A stretch of 64,000 bases of DNA from contig CAWDKY010000027.1 in the NCBI GenBank assembly GCA_963802945.1, forward strand, positions 128,001 through 192,000, given 5' to 3'. Under the pieces are notes generated by a model, which saw only the letters and a program-made list of their open reading frames with translations, was not told the origin of the DNA and searched no databases. The stretch comes from an uncultured delta proteobacterium. Its GTDB lineage: Bacteria; Desulfobacterota; RBG-13-43-22. A program made the position numbers and the translations under genes. Of this stretch, positions 39,823-49,787 are shown one piece after another (position 1 is the stretch's first letter; every line of letters starts with the position of its first letter).

Positions 39823-42366
39823 TTACTTAAACTTATACCCCTTTTCCCTGAAAAGCCTCAGGCAGGCATCGACCGCGGCCGGGTTGTATAATTTTCCTTT
39901 GTTTTTTGAAATCTCATCCAGGGCTACCTCAATCCCCTGGGCAGGCCGGTAAGGCCGATGAGAGGCAATGGCCTCGACCACATCGGCCACCATCAGGATC
40001 TGGGCCTCGATCAAGATTTGATCCCCTTTAAGTCCCGAAGGATACCCGGAACCATCCATCCGTTCGTGATGCTGGAGGGCGATCTCGGCAATAGGCCAGG
40101 GAAACTCTATATCCTTCAGGATATCATAACTGGTTTGCGAGTGCCCCTTGATCAGGCTGAATTCAACATCAGAAAGCTTGGTCGGTTTACTTAAGATTTC
40201 GGCCGGCAACGATATCTTGCCCAGATCATGGACTACGCCGGCCATGCGGATAGCCTCAATCTGGTCTTTAGAAAGGCCCATTTCCTGGGCGATAGTCCGC
40301 GCCAGGCTGGAGACCCGTTGTTGATGCCCGGCGGTGTAAGGGTCCTTGCTTTCCACGGTTAAGGCCATGGCCTGGATGATCCCCCCCATGGCCTTGTGCA
40401 GCTTGTCTAAACTATTTTTGAGTTCTTCTTCGGCTCTTTTCCGTTCCGTGATGTCGCTCAGGGCACCGATCCATTTAAAGGCCCTCCCATCTTCATTTCT
40501 CAGACACATACCGGCACTGATTATATGGATGAGATCCCCGTCTTTTCCAACCAACCGATATTCTTCCAGATGCGGGTCCCCTTGCTTTAAATGTCTTCTC
40601 ACTGCCTGGGTGATACGTTCAAGGTCTTCAGGATGAATTTTTTTAACAAAGGCGACGCTGGTATTGGGAAGGTCGCCTAACATATCATTAAGTCGTTCAA
40701 CGGCTTTACCAAACCAATCGACTTGACCTGATTCGAGATTCCATTCATAAATAAAATCGTTGGAACTTTCGGCGGCCACGCGAAAACGCTCTTCGCTGGT
40801 TTGTAAGGCCTTCTGGGTCTGTCTGAGTTCCGTAACATCTCGAGCGATGCCCCGGAAACCAATAGGATCACCTGAAGGATCTCTGATCAACGATACGGAA
40901 GTCTCTAAGTTTTTCCTTTCTCCATTCTTAGTAATAATTTCATAATAGATGCCCTTGGAAGATTCTCCGGTTCGATACACCTGATTAAAGGCCTGATAGA
41001 TTATTCTGGCGTTCTGGGCATCGGTATATTGTCGACTATTCATGCCCTGCATTTCAACCCTGGAATATCCATTGATTCGCGACATGGCATCATTAAAATA
41101 GGTCAGGTTGCCGGGCAAGTCCACCTCATAATACCCGTCTTCAATAGTTTCAATAATGGTCCGGTATCGCTCCTCCGATTGCCGCACAATCTCTTCCAAT
41201 CGCTTGCGCTCGGTGATGTCCATGAAAGTGGTTTGATTGAAACCCTCCCCCCCTAAAGATAAATGAGCGTTGGAAGCATGAAGGGTCCTGATCAGCCCAC
41301 CTTTACTAATAATATCGTACTCAAATTCCGGCGGAGGTGTTTTCCCTTCAGTAATCATCTTTATCCGACCGGTGATTAATGCTTTCGAGGATGGCGCAAC
41401 ATGATCCAATAAGGGTATTTTTTTAAATTCCTCAAGATCATCGTAATTGAATAATCCCAATAAAGCATTATTGGCAAATAGGACCTGATTTCCTTTGGAA
41501 ATCCCTATCCCCATAATCGACTGTTCTACAATGTTACGATATCGCTCTTCGCTCTTGCGCAACGCCTCTTCCGCCCGCTTGCGTTCGGTGATGTCAAACA
41601 TGGTAGACCTGATCATCAAGTAGTGCCCGGGTGAGTCATAGATGACTGAGGCATTCAATAACACCGGGAACGTTGTACCGTCTTTGCGAATTATTTCTAG
41701 TTCTAATTCCCCTACAAATCCTTCGGTTTTAAGGCGTGAAAAATTTTCCCGGAAGGTTGGCAGGTTCTCTGAGGCGATCAAGTCGGAAAACTTTTTTTCC
41801 CCAATCAGCTCGTTCCGGGTATATCCCAACCATCTAAGTTCAGTATGGTTGATTCGTTGGAATATGCCGTTTTCGTCTAATGAGTGATAGCCACAAGGGG
41901 CGTTGTTATATAGATCTTCAATCTCTTCCGCCGATTTACGCAGTTGGGCCGTTCTTTCCGCCACCTGGATTTCAAGCTTGGTCCGCAACCGACTCAGTTC
42001 GAGATGGGTCCTCACTCGCGCCAGAAGTTCTTCGCGCTGGTAGGGCTTGGAAATAAAATCAACTGCCCCGAGCCCGAATCCTTTCACATTTACATCGAGG
42101 TCTGTAAGACCGCTAATAATCATTACAGGGATATCGCGGCTATCTTCCTGCGCTTTAAGCCGTCGGCAGACTTCGAATCCATCTATGCCCGGCAAGCCGA
42201 TATCCAGAAAAATCAGCCCGGGCGGCTCGGACGCCACGGAGCGAAGCGCCAGTTCTCCGCTACCGGCTAAGCGCACCTGGAAGCCCCCAGTCGACAAGAT
42301 ATTCGTAAGCAGCCTCACCGCCAGCGGATCGTCGTCGACAATAAGTATTTCATCTTGCTCGGTCAT
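39823..42366 (-). CDS. REC-multiPAS-HD-GYP phosphodiesterase
   Basis: Receiver domain, four PAS domains, VHDLGK...HHERMDGSGYP. Confidence 0.92.
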   Translation of the reverse strand: MTEQDEILIVDDDPLAVRLLTNILSTGGFQVRLAGSGELALRSVASEPPGLIFLDIGLPGIDGFEVCRRLKAQEDSRDIPVMIISGLTDLDVNVKGFGLGAVDFISKPYQREELLARVRTHLELSRLRTKLEIQVAERTAQLRKSAEEIEDLYNNAPCGYHSLDENGIFQRINHTELRWLGYTRNELIGEKKFSDLIASENLPTFRENFSRLKTEGFVGELELEIIRKDGTTFPVLLNASVIYDSPGHYLMIRSTMFDITERKRAEEALRKSEERYRNIVEQSIMGIGISKGNQVLFANNALLGLFNYDDLEEFKKIPLLDHVAPSSKALITGRIKMITEGKTPPPEFEYDIISKGGLIRTLHASNAHLSLGGEGFNQTTFMDITERKRLEEIVRQSEERYRTIIETIEDGYYEVDLPGNLTYFNDAMSRINGYSRVEMQGMNSRQYTDAQNARIIYQAFNQVYRTGESSKGIYYEIITKNGERKNLETSVSLIRDPSGDPIGFRGIARDVTELRQTQKALQTSEERFRVAAESSNDFIYEWNLESGQVDWFGKAVERLNDMLGDLPNTSVAFVKKIHPEDLERITQAVRRHLKQGDPHLEEYRLVGKDGDLIHIISAGMCLRNEDGRAFKWIGALSDITERKRAEEELKNSLDKLHKAMGGIIQAMALTVESKDPYTAGHQQRVSSLARTIAQEMGLSKDQIEAIRMAGVVHDLGKISLPAEILSKPTKLSDVEFSLIKGHSQTSYDILKDIEFPWPIAEIALQHHERMDGSGYPSGLKGDQILIEAQILMVADVVEAIASHRPYRPAQGIEVALDEISKNKGKLYNPAAVDACLRLFREKGYKFK

Positions 42367-42415
42367 AAATCACATCCATATCCCAGTTCTGATAATGAAA
42401 ATCTTTTTACGTTCT
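41563..42415. repeat. 853-bp direct repeat copy 2
   Basis: Matches 32836-33688 with a handful of substitutions. Confidence 0.95.
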
Positions 42416-42536
42416 GTCCAATTATTGGGGACTACCTCAGTATTTTTTGTTCCGAAGCGTTGATCTGATCATCCGGTTGATGAATTCCACCTTCCAGTAC
42501 ACCAGAGAAAAATAAAGGGTTTGAGGTTTGAATAAT

Positions 42537-42594
42537 AAAACCGTTTACAGGCCTCTTGGCCCTCGCGAAAGGGAAAGACCTGTAAACGGTTTTT
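42537..42594 (-). terminator. Hairpin terminator downstream of pilA
   Basis: AAAACCGTTTACAGG...CCTGTAAACGGTTTT inverted repeat. Confidence 0.7.
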
Positions 42595-42624
42595 CTTTAA
42601 TGCCTTTAGAAATTAATTATTTTA

Positions 42625-43005
42625 TTACGGATTTTGACTTAATTGCCCAAGGTTATTCATGGTATACGTTTCAGTCCCAGAGGCATGTTTAGAGGTGCGG
42701 CCAAAACCTGTCTGTGTACCGTCACCCGTGACGGTGACCGTTACGTTCGCTGAGGGGTTATACCCGGTGGTTTGAAGTAACGCCAGGGTTACCACACCAG
42801 CCGGGTTGTCTCCAAAATAGGCTTGACTGGCCGTATAGGCATTTTTGAGGTCCGATAGGGCAGTGGCATTATAAGCTCTTACTCGATATTGTGAAAACTG
42901 TGGGATAGCAATGGCCGCCAAGATGCCGATGATGGCGATGACGATTAACAATTCAACCAGGGTAAAACCTTTTTGATTTCTCTTTTTGGTAATTTTTTTC
43001 ATCAC
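42625..43005 (-). CDS. pilA: Type IV major pilin
   Basis: Basic leader and G|FTLVELLIVIAIIGILAAIAIPQF prepilin motif. Confidence 0.93.
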   Translation of the reverse strand: MMKKITKKRNQKGFTLVELLIVIAIIGILAAIAIPQFSQYRVRAYNATALSDLKNAYTASQAYFGDNPAGVVTLALLQTTGYNPSANVTVTVTGDGTQTGFGRTSKHASGTETYTMNNLGQLSQNP

Positions 43006-43161
43006 GATCTTTTCTCCTTATTTTATTTTTTTATCTAATATAAAATAATAACCTTTTTAACTATAATCCCTCTCACCATTGAGTCTTCGGATTACCACCT
43101 CCTTGTATGATTTTTCAGAATAGCCTGTTTTCATTTTTATCATCTCGTCGCTTTTTAATTA

Positions 43162-43178
43162 TGCAAGATGGATACCAA
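43162..43178 (-). promoter_or_regulatory. Sigma54 (-24/-12) promoter of pilA
   Basis: TTGGTATCCATCTTGCA = GG-N10-GC, upstream of the pilin. Confidence 0.75.
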
Positions 43179-43377
43179 AATTGATTATAATTATTAGAAT
43201 AATATAATTAATAATATCAAGTAATTAAAGAAATGAAAAAAGGAAGGATTAAACTAGACAAGTTTAATTGACAAAAATTGTTTGGAAAGGACAAAAAGGT
43301 GTTAAAAACATGAAGACCATAGAGCCGAGGTTTTGCCAAGACACACAGACTCAAAGGACGCACTAAGGGCAATGTTA

Positions 43378-43774
43378 TTATCGCCCTTGGTCGAGTCGGC
43401 TCTTCTGTTTAATGTTCTTGAGAATTCTTCTGACAAAATTTTCAATCGCTTGTTCCTGTTTTTCTTTTAAATTAAGAAATTTTATGCCCAGTTGATAATT
43501 ATAATCGTCTGTGGCTATATCATAAGGAGTTACTCGAACTATTTGACCTTTTAATCTAATATTATCCGGCGAATTTTTTAACTTGAATGAAATGCTAACC
43601 GCCTCATTGACTTGCACTGGGTCAGGAGAGTAGCATACATGAGAACCCCCCTTTTACTCAGATTTGTCACGTAGCCTTTCTCCGATTTTTTTTGCATAGT
43701 ATAATAGTATAACGGACAATAATCTGCAGTGGCCCCCTTTCGAATATTCTTTTTTCATCGCCCTTCTGCTTCAT
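43378..43774 (-). pseudogene. Frameshifted PilZ-domain protein
   Basis: RIFER (RxxxR) and NLSKRG (NxSxxG) lie in upstream frames, and ORF 43378-43617 has GQIVRV...LGIKF. An 8-bp tandem duplication TTATACTA disrupts the frame. Confidence 0.65.
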
Positions 43775-44053
43775 TACTTAGCCCTTAAAAATTATTATAC
43801 TGATTTCACTTGCTAGTTATGGGGTATTTGATAAAAACTTGCTTTTTACTAAGAGTATAAGGAAATAAAAAAACAGGATCAAGAAGAAAAATAGGGACAA
43901 AGGCAAGGAGACCATGCAGGGCTGGACTTTAAAAATTGATTACCGTTTGAAATGTATTATAAAGAACCAAAATTGAAAATCAACATTTCACAAGTCACCA
44001 TCAAACTTGACAATACCTGTAAAGTCAAATCCTGATTTTCACAAATAAGGGCG

Positions 44054-45901
44054 TTAATAACGAACCATCTCCGGCTTCAAAAGAGGATTGAGTTGTCGAT
44101 AGGCCTTGCGATAGGCCCGGCGGATTTTGTTCGTATTGGAGGAAAATAACAACCCAAAGCGAACACAGGACCGGTAAAGGGATTCTCCTTTGAGATCAAT
44201 GGACAGTTTGATGGGGATAAGACCTTCCGGAAGTTTTTCTTTGATACCGGCAATAAGCTGTTCCCAGGCCGGAGAAAGACGTTTCTCCGCCTCATGAAAA
44301 TAATCAAGAAAAGGCACCACCACCAAATCCACTTTCTTTTTCAAGGGCTGAAAAAACTCCGAATGGTTATTGCCCTGGATGACCTCAACTCCCAGGCGGT
44401 TCAAAAAGCCGGCGATAAACTTCTGATAGGCCTCGGTGGCGTTCCCTGGAAAAAGGGCCACCCTTCGAACACCCTGGAATTTCCAAACCGGGCCGAATTG
44501 TTTCTGGACCTGATCCAGAAAGTTTTCCGACAGCCAACGGCGATGGTCGTCCATGCGATCCTTGGCCCTTTTAAGAAGCCTTCTCCCATAATATCGGATG
44601 TAACTGTAATAAACATCCAGTTTGACCAACCGTTTTAGAATCGCCTTCCAGGAATAAAAAGCAATAAGGGCCTGATAAGCGGCCTTCTGCAATTCTTCTC
44701 CGGTCATCAGACGGGGCTGAAAAACCACATGAGAACCGTCATAGAGTTCCCAGTTTCGGGTCAGAAGGCGGTTTTCCTGCTCTAGAGACTTAAAAGTTTC
44801 CGTACCGGGAAGAGGGGTAAGCATCATAAATTGAGCGGAGTCCACCCGGTTTTTAATGGAGAAGCGGATCGTCTCCCGAATGGTTTCCGGGGTGTCCTCG
44901 TCAGCGCCGACCATAAACATCCCGTGGATATGAATCCCGTGACGATGGAAGGCCTTGATAGCCCGGCGCATGGCGGCCTCGTCCTGCTTTTTTCGATAGG
45001 CCTTCAGAACCTGATCACTGGCACTTTCAAAACCGATATAAACTCCCCAGCAATTAGTCTCTCGGAGAAGCTCCAAAAACTCCGAATCAAAAGCCGATTC
45101 AGCTCTAACCTGGGTACTCCAATTCTGGTGAAAGCCTTCTTCTTTCATTCGTCTGAGGAGATTCTTGGTCCTGGTGGGATTGGCGGCAAAATTGTCATCA
45201 CAGAAAAAAAGATGCCTGGCCTGGCCGGCATTGACCTTGATTTCTTCCATGATCAGATCATTGGAGCGGAATCGATATCCCCGGCCGAACATGGAAACCA
45301 CCGAGCAAAATTTACAGGCATAAGGGCAACCTCTGGAGGTGGCCACCGAGACCATCCCTTGAAGGGGATTCCAGCCTTTGATCAAAGAAAAATCCGGAAT
45401 CGGGAGTGTATTCAGGTCCTGAATTAACGGACGGTCGGAATTATGCTTTGGCTGGCCGTCTTCCCAGTAAGACAGACCTCTTATCCCTTCCACGGGACTC
45501 TGACCCCGCAGTGCAGTTAGGAGTTCAATCAGGGTTTCCTCCCCTTCCCCTCGAACTACAAATTCACCATGAGGCAGGGCTTCATCCGGTAAAAAAGTGA
45601 CATGAGGGCCCCCAAAGACAACCGTTTTTCCCAGATTTCTTGCCTCATCCCCCAGGAGAAAGGCCCGTGGTATGGTACTGGTGATCGAGGAAATACCAAC
45701 CATATCAGCCCAGCGCAAGTCTTCCCCGGTAACCGGTCCCGAGGTCTCTTCGATCAAGACCCGGGCCTCATAACCCTGATTGCGAAGGATAGTTCCCAGA
45801 AGGATAGTGCCAAGACGGGGTATCCTTGCCCGGCTGAACACATGTTCTACCGGAGAACGGGGTTCTATTAAAATGATGCGCTGAGGAACTTTTGATTTCA
45901 T
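44054..45901 (-). CDS. B12-binding radical SAM protein
   Basis: GGPHVT B12 domain, SRGCPYACKFC (CxxxCxxC), DDNF. Confidence 0.9.
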   Translation of the reverse strand: MKSKVPQRIILIEPRSPVEHVFSRARIPRLGTILLGTILRNQGYEARVLIEETSGPVTGEDLRWADMVGISSITSTIPRAFLLGDEARNLGKTVVFGGPHVTFLPDEALPHGEFVVRGEGEETLIELLTALRGQSPVEGIRGLSYWEDGQPKHNSDRPLIQDLNTLPIPDFSLIKGWNPLQGMVSVATSRGCPYACKFCSVVSMFGRGYRFRSNDLIMEEIKVNAGQARHLFFCDDNFAANPTRTKNLLRRMKEEGFHQNWSTQVRAESAFDSEFLELLRETNCWGVYIGFESASDQVLKAYRKKQDEAAMRRAIKAFHRHGIHIHGMFMVGADEDTPETIRETIRFSIKNRVDSAQFMMLTPLPGTETFKSLEQENRLLTRNWELYDGSHVVFQPRLMTGEELQKAAYQALIAFYSWKAILKRLVKLDVYYSYIRYYGRRLLKRAKDRMDDHRRWLSENFLDQVQKQFGPVWKFQGVRRVALFPGNATEAYQKFIAGFLNRLGVEVIQGNNHSEFFQPLKKKVDLVVVPFLDYFHEAEKRLSPAWEQLIAGIKEKLPEGLIPIKLSIDLKGESLYRSCVRFGLLFSSNTNKIRRAYRKAYRQLNPLLKPEMVRY

Positions 45902-46013
45902 AAGGCTCTTTCTGTAGGATTTAATGAAACGTTTATTGCATAATACCCGCCACCCTGGATAAAGTAAAGGGAAAAAGGATTCGGGAGAGGCGGAAGGCTA
46001 TGGAAGCTCGGAG

Positions 46014-47124
46014 GGCAGATTCTACTTGCAAGTGCGCCACATTAGATAACCGCAGGACATGATGGGATTTTCTGGTAGTGTGTGAAGCACGACCAACACG
46101 CACCCCAGAAAGGGACCCATCATGCCCTATACCCATCTTACAGAAAAAGATCGATATGTCATCAGCCATTTGAAGGTGGCCGGTTTTTCGCTACGGGAGA
46201 TTGGACGTCGTCTCGGGCGAGACCATGCCACCATTAGTCGGGAGATCAAACGTAACGGCCCAACCTATCCTGAAGGAATATACTGGTACGATTTCACACA
46301 ACCCCGGGCCATTGAGCGGCGTCATAAAGCCCGGCATTATCGCCGGCATGATCACCGTACGCTGGTTGAATATGTTGAAGCTAAAATCCGTATCGAATGG
46401 CCTCCGGAAGTTATTGCTGCTCACCTAAAGCTTGATCACCCAAACGATAAAACCATGCGTATCTGCCAGGAAACTATTTATCGGTGGATATTTCAAGATG
46501 CTCAACAAGGTGGCGATCTCTACTGCTATCAGAGACGCCGTCACAAAAAACGCCGCAAACAAAGACGCTATGGCTCGGGAAGACGTTTTATCCCTGGGCG
46601 TGTTTCCATTGATCAACGTCCATCCCTGGTTGATTTACGCCAACGGTTTGGGGACTGGGAAGGGGACACGCTGGAAGGTGGAAAAGGAAAAGGGGGCCTG
46701 GCCACTCATGTCGAGCGTAAAGGCCGTTATCTATTGGCAGCCAAGCTCTCGGACAAGACCTCCAACACCATGACTCAGCAAAGCATTAAATCCTTTCGGA
46801 AAGCTCCCCGGACCCTACGCCATACCCTCACCGTTGATAATGGTAAAGAATTTTCTAATTTCAAAGAGCTCGAAAATAAAACCGGGTTAAAAGTCTATTT
46901 CGCAGACCCCTATGCAGCTTGGCAGCGGGGAATCAATGAAAATACAAATGGTCTGTTAAGACAATATTTCCCAAAAGGAACTGATTTCCAAAAGATATCG
47001 GAAAAAGAGATTGCTTTTGTCGTTAAAAAACTAAATAATCGCCCCAGAAAATGTCTCCACTACCAGACCCCTCATGCGGTCTTCTGTCAGGCTCTTAGTG
47101 GTGCACTTTGAAGTAGAATCTGCC
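46014..47124 (+). mobile_element. IS30 family insertion sequence (1111 bp)
   Basis: 27-bp terminal IRs GGCAGATTCTACTTGCAAGTGCGCCAC / GGCAGATTCTACTTCAAAGTGCACCAC (24/27) and a 3-bp target duplication GAG. Confidence 0.95.
46122..47111 (+). CDS. IS30 family transposase
   Basis: [12 protein letters not shown]; DDE motifs GDWEGDT, DNGKEF and [20 protein letters not shown]. Confidence 0.96.
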   Translation: MPYTHLTEKDRYVISHLKVAGFSLREIGRRLGRDHATISREIKRNGPTYPEGIYWYDFTQPRAIERRHKARHYRRHDHRTLVEYVEAKIRIEWPPEVIAAHLKLDHPNDKTMRICQETIYRWIFQDAQQGGDLYCYQRRRHKKRRKQRRYGSGRRFIPGRVSIDQRPSLVDLRQRFGDWEGDTLEGGKGKGGLATHVERKGRYLLAAKLSDKTSNTMTQQSIKSFRKAPRTLRHTLTVDNGKEFSNFKELENKTGLKVYFADPYAAWQRGINENTNGLLRQYFPKGTDFQKISEKEIAFVVKKLNNRPRKCLHYQTPHAVFCQALSGAL

Positions 47125-47230
47125 GAGTAATTAGTTCGGAGTTCAGAGTAAAGTCTTGCCATCTCACCTCTCCGAACTCCGGTCTCTAAGCTTGGCTTAC
47201 AGGACCATAGAATCCTTGAATCTTCGACCC

Positions 47231-48598
47231 CTATTTAGTCCCAATTTTTCTCTTGAGCAAATTGGCCGCAATCAGCAATGGATCCCATACCGGGCTGAAA
47301 GGAGGGGCATAGGCCAGGTCCAAACTGGAAATGTCTTCCAGGGTCATTCTCTGATGCAGGGCAACGGCCAGGACATTGATCTTGCGGGCCTCTCCATCCC
47401 AGCCGATCCAATTGCCTCCAAGGAGTCGGCCTGTGGATTGATCGGCCACGATCTTCAATAAAGTGGGCTTTGACCCGGGATAGGATCCCACCCTGGAAGA
47501 GGCTTCCACGACCTGCGAAACCGCCGGAAACCCGTTCCGTTTGGCCTGGGCTTCGCTGATTCCGGCCGTACCGATTTCCAGGTCAAACACCTTCACACAG
47601 CCTGCACCTACGATCCCATGAAATTCCGCTTGTCCTCCAACGGCATTTTCACCGGCTACCCGACCCTCTTTATTGGCCACATCTCCTAAAGGGGCCAATG
47701 TAGTCTGGCCGGTCACCCTCTGAAGCTTCTCACAACAGTCACCGGCCGCCCAGATATTAGGATCGCTGGTCTGCATCAAAGAGTTGACCTGAATCCCTCC
47801 GGATTTTCCAACGGCGATCCCTGCCTCTCGGGCAATCTCAACATTGGGTACAATCCCGGCCCCAACAAAAAAAAGGTCAGCCGAAAAATCACCTTGATCG
47901 GTTATAAGTCTTGAGGCTTTCCCTGCTTCTGTTTCAAAAAAACGGGGTTGGACTTCACCTATATAGCGTACACCATGAGCTTCCAATTCTTTGACGATAA
48001 TCGGCCCCAACTCCGGTTCCAACCCGCTGTAAGGAAATTTACCCCGATATAGGAGGGTAGTTTCAATCCCTCGCTCCCGTAAGGCTTCAGCCACTTCCAA
48101 GGAGATATTACCGGCTCCGACAATCACTACTTTTCGAGGGTTACGTTGATCAATGAAACTTCGAATACCAATACCGTCTGACATTCCTTTTAAACTGAAA
48201 ATATTTTGGGCCTCTTCCCCGGGGATATCCAGTTTTCGGGAACGGGCTCCGGTGGCCAAAACCAGACGATCATAAGGGAGATAAAATTCTTTCCCCTTAT
48301 GCAAATCCAAAACCCGCACCTGTTTTTCCTGGGGGTCAATAGCCAGGACCTGATGTCTAAGCCGGATGTCTATCTGCTGTTTTTCCTTAAATTCCTCGGG
48401 TGTCCTGACAATCAACTCGTTATAATCCTTGATTACATCACCGATGTAATAAGGAAGCGATCAGGCACTATAAGAAATAAAATTTCCCTTCTCTAAGAGG
48501 ATGATCTCGGCCTTGGGATCTTTTCTTTGAGCTGTGCTGGCCGCCGTCGGTCCGGCCGCTGCTCCACCGACGATGACCAAATTGAGGTTATTTTTCAT
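47231..48598 (-). CDS. Selenocysteine-containing CoA-disulfide reductase/NADH oxidase family flavoprotein (Sec46)
   Basis: The two ORF-track pieces are in frame across one TGA (48461-48463) in ISYSA-U-SLPYYIG, where the family has the redox Cys. GGAAAG, ATGA, GAGNI, AGDC and YAPPFSP motifs are present. Confidence 0.88.
48426..48455 (-). promoter_or_regulatory. Bacterial SECIS element
   Basis: TCCTT-ATTACATC-GGT-GATGTAAT-C-AAGGA hairpin; the G-starting apical loop lies 18 nt after the TGA. Confidence 0.8.
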
Positions 48599-48649
48599 CT
48601 TAATGCGCCCCCTTTTCTTTATGATAGTCATATTAAAAATTAAAATTGA

Positions 48650-48872
48650 GATGACTTTGTAAAAACCTCTCCCGCCAAAGGGGGGACTAGGCGCGTAAAC
48701 CGGGACCCACCCTGAAAGGGCGGGACAGAGCGTTTCCATTTTCGCGAAAAAATCCTGAAGGATGAGGCGTACATAGAAGTACGCCACAATAAGCCAGCCC
48801 CGGCGAAGGCCAGGGTAGGTTGCAGTGCAATCCCGCGAAACGCTTGACTGATGGTCTTTTTACGAAGCCATC
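48650..48872. mobile_element. MITE-like non-coding element
   Basis: TIRs GATGACTTTGTAAAAA / TTTTTACGAAGCCATC (14/16); core GAGGCGTACATAGAAGTACGCC shared with 6077-6234. Confidence 0.65.
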
Positions 48873-48873
48873 T

Positions 48874-49779
48874 TTATAATAATTTTGAAAGAGGAACCAA
48901 ACGAACTTTATCCTTCAATTCAGGAAATTTTTTTTTAATAGCCCGCAGGGTCTGGGGATGGGGATGACCGCTGGCCACGGCAAAACCCCGTTCCTGTGCC
49001 AGACGAATCAATAGTTCCAATTGTCCTCGAATGGCATCTTCTTCGATACTGTTATCCAGAAAAATATCCCGTTCAATAGCCTTAACCCCCACCTGGGAAG
49101 CCAGAGGAATAATGACGGAATGAGGGGTAGTCCGACTGTCGAAAAAAAACAGTTTCCTTTCCTTAATCGTCCTTAACACCAAAGTCATTTTATCCCGGTC
49201 TTCGGTAAAACGGGAGCCCATGTGATTATTCACACCGACCACCTGGGGGAATGCTTCCAGATCTTCTTCCAAAATTTTCCGGATTTCCTCATCCGTCATA
49301 CTGGTCAACAGGGCCTTCGGTCCGGGGTTGTTTTGCGGAAAAGCATTGGGTTCCATAGGCAGGTGAAGCAACGTTTCTTTGCCCTTTTGAAATGCCTGTT
49401 GGACCATTTCCTTGGCAAAGGGGGCCTGGGGCAAAAAAGACAAGGTCAGTGGAGCTTCAAAATCGATAAAATCCAAGGCCAATTGCTTTTGGTAACCCAG
49501 GTCATCTATAACAATGGCCACCATCGGTAATCCCTCCACCTGCGGATAGAAACGCTTTTTGAAGGTTTCCGGTTTAGTGGAGGGACTTATTTCTTTTGGA
49601 TTTCTCTCTTCAAAAGGGGGAAGACTTGGAGTTGCTGGCCCTTTTTCCGGCTTCCAGGACCACCATATATACCCCGCCCCGAAGGCCAGGACCAGACCCA
49701 TCACCCATATCCCAATGGCCACCCCACAGCCCCCCCTTTTTTTTGGGCTTAAATATTGCGGGGATTTTCGTCCAGACAC
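48874..49779 (-). CDS. Divergent polysaccharide deacetylase family protein (YibQ-like)
   Basis: AIVIDDLG, LHLPMEP, GVNNHMGS, FFDSRT, DIFLDN and GHPH. Confidence 0.9.
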   Translation of the reverse strand: MSGRKSPQYLSPKKRGGCGVAIGIWVMGLVLAFGAGYIWWSWKPEKGPATPSLPPFEERNPKEISPSTKPETFKKRFYPQVEGLPMVAIVIDDLGYQKQLALDFIDFEAPLTLSFLPQAPFAKEMVQQAFQKGKETLLHLPMEPNAFPQNNPGPKALLTSMTDEEIRKILEEDLEAFPQVVGVNNHMGSRFTEDRDKMTLVLRTIKERKLFFFDSRTTPHSVIIPLASQVGVKAIERDIFLDNSIEEDAIRGQLELLIRLAQERGFAVASGHPHPQTLRAIKKKFPELKDKVRLVPLSKLL

Positions 49780-49787
49780 CGGAAACC

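Noticed and set aside
47231-48787. Two separate ORFs or a nonsense pseudogene
   Set aside because: The single TGA is in frame at the catalytic Cys position and is followed by a SECIS-like hairpin. The upstream extension of ORF 48461-48787 runs through a MITE.
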